The position numbers and the translations under genes are program-made. Shown here piece by piece: positions 56,572-64,000 of a stretch of 64,000 nt of DNA (its first letter is position 1; every line of letters starts with the position of its first letter). The notes beneath the pieces are model-generated. The model did not search any database, was not told the DNA's origin, and saw nothing but the letters and a program-made list of their open reading frames with translations. Source of the DNA: Desulfobacterales bacterium. GTDB lineage: Bacteria; Desulfobacterota; Desulfobacteria; Desulfobacterales; UBA2174. The DNA is taken from the NCBI GenBank assembly GCA_963668645.2, contig CAXXWC010000019.1, forward strand, positions 32,001 through 96,000. The letters are read 5' to 3'.

Positions 56572-57807
56572 TCAGGCGACCACCTCAATCTCACAATCTG
56601 CCCGCGCCGTCCACCCCTGCCCTTCGTGCCAGCGAACACCTTCCTGCACCAGCCGCGGCTGGAGCCGGTAGCGTCCGGGCCGCGGCGGGGCCTCGGTGAG
56701 CATGTGAACCGCTGCAGCGGCGCCCGGTGGTATCAATCCCGGCGAGGTGCGCAGGCCGTCGAAAACCGCGTACCCGCCGGCGGCGTCGCACCAGTGGTAG
56801 GAAAGCAGCACCGGGTGCGCCCCCCGGCCGCTGAGTTGAAACCGGCTGCGGTTGTGAATCCGAACCACCAGCCAGAACCGCTCGCCCGCCTTGATGAGGG
56901 CGGGCGGTGGGCCGGTCGCATTCAGATCGACCGCAGCAGCCTCATCCGGGGGCAGGGGCGGGGTCGGTGCCAGGATGGCGGCAATGGGGGCGGGCGACAA
57001 GGGCCGGCGGGCCGCGACGGCGAACAGGTCCCTGGCCGAGGCCATCTCACGGCGCGAAAAGGGGCGCACCAGGCTGCCGGCCGGATCTTCGGGGGCGGCA
57101 AACCAAAAGAGCAGGTGCGGAAAAAAACGGCTCAGGCCACGGCGCAAAATCTGAGGCCTCTGCTCGTTGATGTGCATCTGTTTCTCGTAATCGCTGCGCG
57201 GGTCGGCCGGCAGGTCGATCCCCCGGGCGGCCGCGGCCCGCCGCTGCCTGGGATAGTCGTAATCGTAGTACCACCGGTTGGGAAAGGTATGCACCACAAA
57301 GAAACCGCCGGGCGCCAGATGGCGGGCCACCAGATCAAAAAGCGCCTCCACCTCAGGCGGCGAGAGGTGTTCCACCAGGTCGGCAGCCACGACGGCATCG
57401 AATCGGCCGTCCAGGGCCAGTTCGCTGACCGCCGTGCGATGAAAAACCACTCTCTGCCGCAGTTCAGGGTTGTCGCCAAAACAGGATTCGGCCAACTCCA
57501 GGGCCGCAGCGGAATAATCCACCGCCACCACTTCGGCGCCCTGCCGGGCGGCCTGGAAGGTCAGCTCTCCGCGGCCGCAGCCCAAATCCAGCACCCGGCG
57601 CGGATGGCGGTGCAGCAGTAGATCGGCCAGTGCCCCTAAGCGCGCATCGGTGATCACCCTGCCCCGGTGGCGGACAAAATCGTGGTATCCACCGCAATCG
57701 GTCAGAAAGTAGGCGGTGTCGTAGTGATCCTTCAGGTACGCTGAGCCGGGTTGGGAAAATGTCATTGATTGGGATAGAAGGCCAGGATTCTTCGGGGTCG
57801 AAAACAA
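56572..57807 (-). CDS. Class I SAM methyltransferase with C-terminal Ig-like domain
   Basis: YFLTDCGGY, VLDLGCGRGEL, DLVEHL, HTFPN, HINEQ, then LSYHW...FDGLRT...PGRYRL...VQEGVRW. Start may be ATG 57765. Confidence 0.85.
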   Translation of the reverse strand: MFSTPKNPGLLSQSMTFSQPGSAYLKDHYDTAYFLTDCGGYHDFVRHRGRVITDARLGALADLLLHRHPRRVLDLGCGRGELTFQAARQGAEVVAVDYSAAALELAESCFGDNPELRQRVVFHRTAVSELALDGRFDAVVAADLVEHLSPPEVEALFDLVARHLAPGGFFVVHTFPNRWYYDYDYPRQRRAAAARGIDLPADPRSDYEKQMHINEQRPQILRRGLSRFFPHLLFWFAAPEDPAGSLVRPFSRREMASARDLFAVAARRPLSPAPIAAILAPTPPLPPDEAAAVDLNATGPPPALIKAGERFWLVVRIHNRSRFQLSGRGAHPVLLSYHWCDAAGGYAVFDGLRTSPGLIPPGAAAAVHMLTEAPPRPGRYRLQPRLVQEGVRWHEGQGWTARADCEIEVVA

Positions 57808-57856
57808 ATCTCCGCAGATAGAAAGATAGATGGAGAGCGTAGATTGGTTCTCAATC

Positions 57857-58909
57857 TTAGCGATTCTTTAGGGCAGTGTTTTGCCAGTACTGGCCCCCAT
57901 CGCGCGTCGTCATCCCCACTTGGCACTTTCTATCGCTGCGAAAAGAAAATCGTGTCGGCCGTTCACGAAGCAGTATCCACCCATGCTGGTGTAGGCATTC
58001 AATTAATTCGCCCTCAATCTTGCGACTGTGGGTTCCGACGAACATATGTCTCACGTGTTCCCCGATCAGCTCTGCCTCGTTCTGAATCACCTCCGACTCG
58101 GTTCCCTGAATATCGACATGCAGCAAATCAATTGATTTCAAAGAGTCAAATATTTCCGAAAGCGTCACGGCGGGCACTTCTTCATATTGAACCTGTCTGC
58201 CCACATAGTCCTCTTCGGAGATTTTGTCCGTCGCCTGGCCACCATTTTCACCTGCGCTATGAACAACCGGAAAATATAACGTGCCGGGTCTGGTGGCCAC
58301 CGCTCCATGGACAAGACGAACGGAAAATTTCGTTCCATTCAGTGAATCAGACGTTTCGCCGGAATTAGTTCTAATGTCATTGTCAGCCAAATGCGGGGAA
58401 ATCAGATCATATAAGAATCTGCTCGCCTCAACAGCCACTAAATTTACGGCCTTTTTGTTCATTCGACGTCCGATCACTCCGGCTGTGCAAATCCAAGCGC
58501 CAAATGAGGCGCCCAATTCAATGAGGGTAAATGAATCTTTCAAAGACTGCTCATAACTATGCAATAAAGCATAATACTCGATCGCCTCGGCGCGCACTGA
58601 ATCGTCCGGTATCGGTAGGTCCCCAATACATTTTCCCTCTAGATGCTGTGCCCACGGCACTAGATTGCCCCTGGTTTTAACGCCAAGAAAGTCAGTGATG
58701 AAACCTGCGGTTCCTTCTGTTTGGACATAATAGCGTCTGAATAAATCAATATCCTCCGGGACCCAGCCTCCAAAAAAGTCCTCTCCCAGATGCTCTCTGG
58801 CAATGAGCGATTGCGTGGCTCTGCTTAAACGGTTGGGTGGCTTCGCTAATTTGGCTTTTAAAAAACCCGGAATCGATTTCAATTTCTCTCCTCTTTCAAT
58901 GCTGAACAC
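57857..58909 (-). CDS. FkbM-family methyltransferase
   Basis: IELGASFGAW, VAVEAS, IDLLHVDIQGTE, MFVGTHSR. Visibly more AT-rich than its neighbours. Confidence 0.8.
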   Translation of the reverse strand: MFSIERGEKLKSIPGFLKAKLAKPPNRLSRATQSLIAREHLGEDFFGGWVPEDIDLFRRYYVQTEGTAGFITDFLGVKTRGNLVPWAQHLEGKCIGDLPIPDDSVRAEAIEYYALLHSYEQSLKDSFTLIELGASFGAWICTAGVIGRRMNKKAVNLVAVEASRFLYDLISPHLADNDIRTNSGETSDSLNGTKFSVRLVHGAVATRPGTLYFPVVHSAGENGGQATDKISEEDYVGRQVQYEEVPAVTLSEIFDSLKSIDLLHVDIQGTESEVIQNEAELIGEHVRHMFVGTHSRKIEGELIECLHQHGWILLRERPTRFSFRSDRKCQVGMTTRDGGQYWQNTALKNR

Positions 58910-58994
58910 GTCTGCCTTAAAAAATAAAGAGGGCTGAACTTTCTCGCAACTTGGCAGTATCTCGTTTCCGCGAGCGGTAAACGGGAACTCTCAA

Positions 58995-60233
<1,239 letters not shown>

Positions 60234-60243
60234 GGGAAAATAA

Positions 60244-62367
60244 TCAGAACAGGGTAATCGCCTCAAGCCCCAACGCCAGTATCCGGTTATCCGTGTTGAT
60301 GCCAAGATCCACCGGACGGATCGCATCCTTAAAACGCAACCGCAGGCGCATCCATCCCAGCGCCAGGCTTTCTTCTTGAACGGCCTCGGGAATGGCAAAT
60401 TCGATGATGTTGCCGCGAAATCGGGTCAAATTTCCCGCGTAGACCACCTTCCCGCCGGCCTCGATCACCACCTCCTGGCTCGGATGGCTGGCCCCGAGAA
60501 GGGCCAGGGCCTCGATTCGCACATGGTGGATGGGCTGGGCGGCCGGCAGGATGATCTCGGCCGCCCGGCCCTCGGACCAGGTGCCCCAGGGCTCGGGGTG
60601 GGACCAGCCGCCCGTATTGAGGCAGGCCACGGCGGGACTGCCCTGGTTGAAGGGGATACGGTCTCCGACCTTCATCACGGGAAGCAGATCCGCCGCTTCC
60701 AGACGATCGGCCAGGGGCGGGCAGCCCGCGCAGTTGCCCCAACCCGGGGCCAACACGTTGAATCCGTCAACATGGGCCAGGACGTCGGCCCCGGCATCCA
60801 GATTGATGGCAGCTCCCAGCGTCACCCCGTCGTCCAGGACATAGAATGTGTCGGATGCGTAGCGGCCGGTTTCCACGGCCCGCAGGGCTGCAGCCTGGGC
60901 CGCAGCCAGCTTTCGGCTGCCGACCCGGGCAAGATAAACGGCGTCCGTGCCCATACGATGCTTTGCGGCGTAAGTAGACAGGGCCAGCCAGTGGGGCGAG
61001 AAGTTCTGGGGGGGAATCCACCGCACCTTGCGGTATCGCAAGGCCGCCGCTTCCCAGAAAGAATCCTCCAGCGGCGTGGCCCAGGCCGTGGCCGGTGCAG
61101 GCATCAGGTTGCGGCGGATCCCGGTCCAGGCAGCGCTGGTGTCCGCCACCTGGATCAACAGGGCTGCGACCAGCAACACAGCAGCCGTACGGGGAGGATG
61201 GCAGCGCACCGTGACGAAGACCACGCCCAGCACGATGGCATAAAAAACCGGCCAGAACATGCGGCCTGAGGAGCGAAAAACGTTGGCCGGGTAAACCCAG
61301 GAGTCCGGCAAGCCGCAGTGGAACTCATAGGGACCGACGCCGATCTTGTACGACAGGGCAAAAAGTGTCAGGCCGGCCAGGGCCGCTGCAAGCATCGGAA
61401 ACCGCCGGATGCGATCGAGAATGCCGGTGCGCCCGCCGATCAGGGCCGGCAGGCAGGCCGCGAGCAGCAACAGCACGCCCAATCCGAGAAAGTTGAAGCC
61501 CTCATAGTCACCCCCGGCTTCCGGTATGTCGTGCAGCACGTAGGACCAGCCGCTGCTGTCGAAAAGTGACAGCAGGTTGAAACGATAAAAACCGAACCCC
61601 CCGGTGATCGTGCCGGGGCCGACGGAAAAATAACCCGCTTGCCAGCAGGCCGCGGAAACAATCGCCGTCAGCAGTACCCACTCGCAAAGGGCCTTGCCCG
61701 GCGGCAGGCTCCGATTGATCGTACGGCCAGCCAGATCGGCCACCCAGAGGATCCCAACCATCGCCAGCAGATAGGAATGGACCCAGGCCGCCACAACCAA
61801 AAGCACCCCCCAGGCGGTGCGCCGCCACCGCGGTTTTCTTTCCAGGACCAGGTAAAGCGCCGCCAGAACCAGAAAATGGGCGGCCAGATTCATGTGGCCC
61901 TTGAGACGCCAGATCATCGGGGGCGAGAAAGCGAACAGACCGCTTGCCAGGGCGCGAATCCCGGGCCGATCGGTGATCCGCCCGGCAAGCTTCCAGCCAA
62001 ACCAGGCCTGGAGCACGAAACAGGCCAGCAGCCAGATGCCGAAGTACTGAAACGGTTCGGGCAGCCATCGGCCAAACAGCTTGAAAATGAAGGCCAACAG
62101 CGGATTGCTGTCCGAAAAGAGAATCGCACTACCCAATTCGAGTCCGCAATCGGGATTCAATCCGAGGGGAAACGACCAGTCGGCATGGCGGAAAAAAAGC
62201 CAACCGAGGTAGTGCTGAGCCGGGTCGACCAACCCGAGACAGGCGAGGTGCCCGATCCAGGCCAGATTGGTGGGATACAAAACCCGGGGGCCGGCTACGG
62301 TAAAGAAGGCCGCCGCTCCGATAGCCAGCGGCAAAACGGCCTGGATGATGGATTTTTCAGGTTTCAT
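60244..62367 (-). CDS. Polytopic membrane protein, DUF6311 / GT-C-type glycosyltransferase
   Basis: DPAQHYLGW.FFR...W.FPLG, SDSNPL, PFQYFG.W, YEGFNFLGLG, FRSSGRMFWP, C-terminal GWSHPEPWGTWS...D.R.LALGL. Follows gtrB. Confidence 0.8.
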   Translation of the reverse strand: MKPEKSIIQAVLPLAIGAAAFFTVAGPRVLYPTNLAWIGHLACLGLVDPAQHYLGWLFFRHADWSFPLGLNPDCGLELGSAILFSDSNPLLAFIFKLFGRWLPEPFQYFGIWLLACFVLQAWFGWKLAGRITDRPGIRALASGLFAFSPPMIWRLKGHMNLAAHFLVLAALYLVLERKPRWRRTAWGVLLVVAAWVHSYLLAMVGILWVADLAGRTINRSLPPGKALCEWVLLTAIVSAACWQAGYFSVGPGTITGGFGFYRFNLLSLFDSSGWSYVLHDIPEAGGDYEGFNFLGLGVLLLLAACLPALIGGRTGILDRIRRFPMLAAALAGLTLFALSYKIGVGPYEFHCGLPDSWVYPANVFRSSGRMFWPVFYAIVLGVVFVTVRCHPPRTAAVLLVAALLIQVADTSAAWTGIRRNLMPAPATAWATPLEDSFWEAAALRYRKVRWIPPQNFSPHWLALSTYAAKHRMGTDAVYLARVGSRKLAAAQAAALRAVETGRYASDTFYVLDDGVTLGAAINLDAGADVLAHVDGFNVLAPGWGNCAGCPPLADRLEAADLLPVMKVGDRIPFNQGSPAVACLNTGGWSHPEPWGTWSEGRAAEIILPAAQPIHHVRIEALALLGASHPSQEVVIEAGGKVVYAGNLTRFRGNIIEFAIPEAVQEESLALGWMRLRLRFKDAIRPVDLGINTDNRILALGLEAITLF

Positions 62368-62407
62368 CGACTCCAAAAGGCTCCAACTTCAACCACCGTG
62401 GACCGGA

Positions 62408-63382
62408 TCAGGGGACCGTTTGCGCATCTTCTCCTTCGTAGATGCGCCTCACCAGGTAAACCGGCCGCCGCTTGGACTCAATGTAGGTACGGCCCAAGTA
62501 TTCACCCAGCATCCCGATACCCATCAATTGCAGCCCGCCGAAAAACATGATCGCCACCATCAGGGACGCATAGCCGGGGGTGTCCCGGCCGAAAATCAGC
62601 GTCTTGACGATGATAAAGATTGTGAAGATAAAGGACATCAGCGAAATTGTAAATCCAATATAGGTCCAGATCCGCAGTGGTACCGTGCTGAAACTGGTAA
62701 TTCCCTCGATGGCGAAATTCCACAAACGCCAGCCATTAAACTTGGTTTGGCCTGCAGCCCTTTTGGGCCGCTCATAATCGACGCAAACGGTGCGAAATCC
62801 AGCCCAGGCAAAAAGTCCCTTCATGAACCGGCGCGACTCGCTCATGCCCCCTAAGGCGTCGACCACCTTTCGATCCATCAACCTGAAATCACCTATATTT
62901 TCCGGAAGCTTAGTATCTGCGACGGCATTGTGCAGCCGGTAGAACAACCCTGCAAATGTCCGTTTGGCCCAGGAATCGGCAGCCCGGTTCACCCGCCGGC
63001 CCAAAACCACCTCGTAGCCCTCACGCCATCTGGCGAGCATTTCCGGAATCACTTCGGGCGGATCCTGCAGATCCACGTCCAGCGGCACCACTACCCGGCC
63101 CCGGGCCGCATGGAGCCCGGCGGTCAGGGCGGCCTCCTTGCCGAAGTGCCGGCTCAGGTCCACCACCCGGATGCGTTTGTCGCGCCCCTGGCGTTCAAGA
63201 AGCCGTTCTATGGTATTGTCCGTACTGCCGTCGTTGACGAACACGAATTCCAGATGGACGTCATCCTGCCCGGCAAACACCTGGTTGACGCACACCAGAA
63301 AGGCATCGATCCCGTCTTCTTCGTTGAAGACGGGAACCACCAGCGACAGCAGCAACCGGTTATCCACGCAATGAGGGTCCAT
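62408..63382 (-). CDS. gtrB: Bactoprenol glycosyltransferase (GT2, GtrB family)
   Basis: LSLVVPVFNEE, VNDGSTD, SRHFGKEAALTAGL, DVDLQDPPE, GDFRLMDR, two TM helices, GEYLGRTYIESKRRP. Confidence 0.93.
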   Translation of the reverse strand: MDPHCVDNRLLLSLVVPVFNEEDGIDAFLVCVNQVFAGQDDVHLEFVFVNDGSTDNTIERLLERQGRDKRIRVVDLSRHFGKEAALTAGLHAARGRVVVPLDVDLQDPPEVIPEMLARWREGYEVVLGRRVNRAADSWAKRTFAGLFYRLHNAVADTKLPENIGDFRLMDRKVVDALGGMSESRRFMKGLFAWAGFRTVCVDYERPKRAAGQTKFNGWRLWNFAIEGITSFSTVPLRIWTYIGFTISLMSFIFTIFIIVKTLIFGRDTPGYASLMVAIMFFGGLQLMGIGMLGEYLGRTYIESKRRPVYLVRRIYEGEDAQTVP

Positions 63383-63392
63383 AAGAGGCGTC

Positions 63393-64000
63393 TCAACCTG
63401 CCGAAAGGCGTTGGGCCCGGTCGTAAATCACGGCGCAGGTTTCCTGCCAGGATACCGGCGCGTATCCGGCCCGCACCGCCGCCTCGCGGGCCGCCACGGC
63501 CTCGGGATGATTGAAGTACCAATCCAGCCGTTCCGTCCAGGCCTGAACGTCCCACGGGTCGAGGTATTCCACCAGGTCCCCGCCCACCTCAGGGATCGAG
63601 GCCGCACCGGAGGCCAGGCAAAATTTGCCGTGGGCCAGACTTTCGGCCACCGGCAGGCCCCACCCTTCGTAAAGGGATGGAAAAACGGTAAAATAGGCCC
63701 CTTGGTAGAGACGGGCCAGATCGCTGTCACTCACATGATTGAAAAGCCGGATATAGGGCTTGGTGCGATGGTCAAGGGCAAGATCGGACAGCAAGTCGTT
63801 CACCCCCCAACCCGGCATGCCCACAAAGACCAACAGCGGCAGATCCGTGCGGCCCGCATCGATCAACCGCGTATAGGCGCGGTATAGGGTTTGGTGGTTC
63901 TTACGCCGCTCGATGGTCGATACGTAGAGGATGAATTCTCTTTTAAGCACATCTTCGACTTCTGCCGACACAGGCCGGTGGCCGGGCGATTGGATATCGC
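63393..64000 (-). CDS. GT4 glycosyltransferase (5' end outside the window)
   Basis: YVSTIERRKNH, FPSLYEGWGLPVAESL, SIPEVGG. Confidence 0.9.
   Translation of the reverse strand, partial: DIQSPGHRPVSAEVEDVLKREFILYVSTIERRKNHQTLYRAYTRLIDAGRTDLPLLVFVGMPGWGVNDLLSDLALDHRTKPYIRLFNHVSDSDLARLYQGAYFTVFPSLYEGWGLPVAESLAHGKFCLASGAASIPEVGGDLVEYLDPWDVQAWTERLDWYFNHPEAVAAREAAVRAGYAPVSWQETCAVIYDRAQRLSAG

Overview
High-GC bacterial chromosome segment. Gene content (hcp/hcpR, panB-panG, a Cys-rich SAP-like small protein, a dockerin-like C-terminal tag) points to an anaerobic Desulfobacterota/deltaproteobacterium. Left third (1-19.7 kb) is core metabolism: partial rfaE2, an orphan 2-oxoacid:acceptor oxidoreductase alpha subunit, PilZ protein, NarL/NarX-type two-component pair, alpha/beta hydrolase, lolC/E, flavoprotein, DUF554, the HcpR-controlled hcp operon, panG-panB and hisS-aspS. 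Two unannotated oddities sit here. One is a 389-aa protein carrying all RelA/SpoT synthetase motifs in altered form. The other is a monocistronic 119-aa gene made only of the Zn-ribbon and glycyl-radical end of a class III ribonucleotide reductase, with its own sigma70 promoter and tandem NrdR boxes. The rest (19.8-64 kb) is a cell-surface locus built around a 24.3-kb ORF encoding an 8102-aa acidic protein with an N-terminal DUF4214/RsaA-like anchor, a repetitive scaffold with inserted helical modules and a T1SS-type C-terminus. It is flanked by sapC, a duplicated promoter-ORF-terminator cassette with a shared palindromic operator, GT41 and GT2 enzymes each fused to a paralogous sulfotransferase-like domain, and an ABC-type (Wzt) polysaccharide cluster with three methyltransferases and GtrB/GT-C. 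No rRNA, tRNA, CRISPR, IS or integrase was seen. All assignments come from motif recognition by eye, without database searches.
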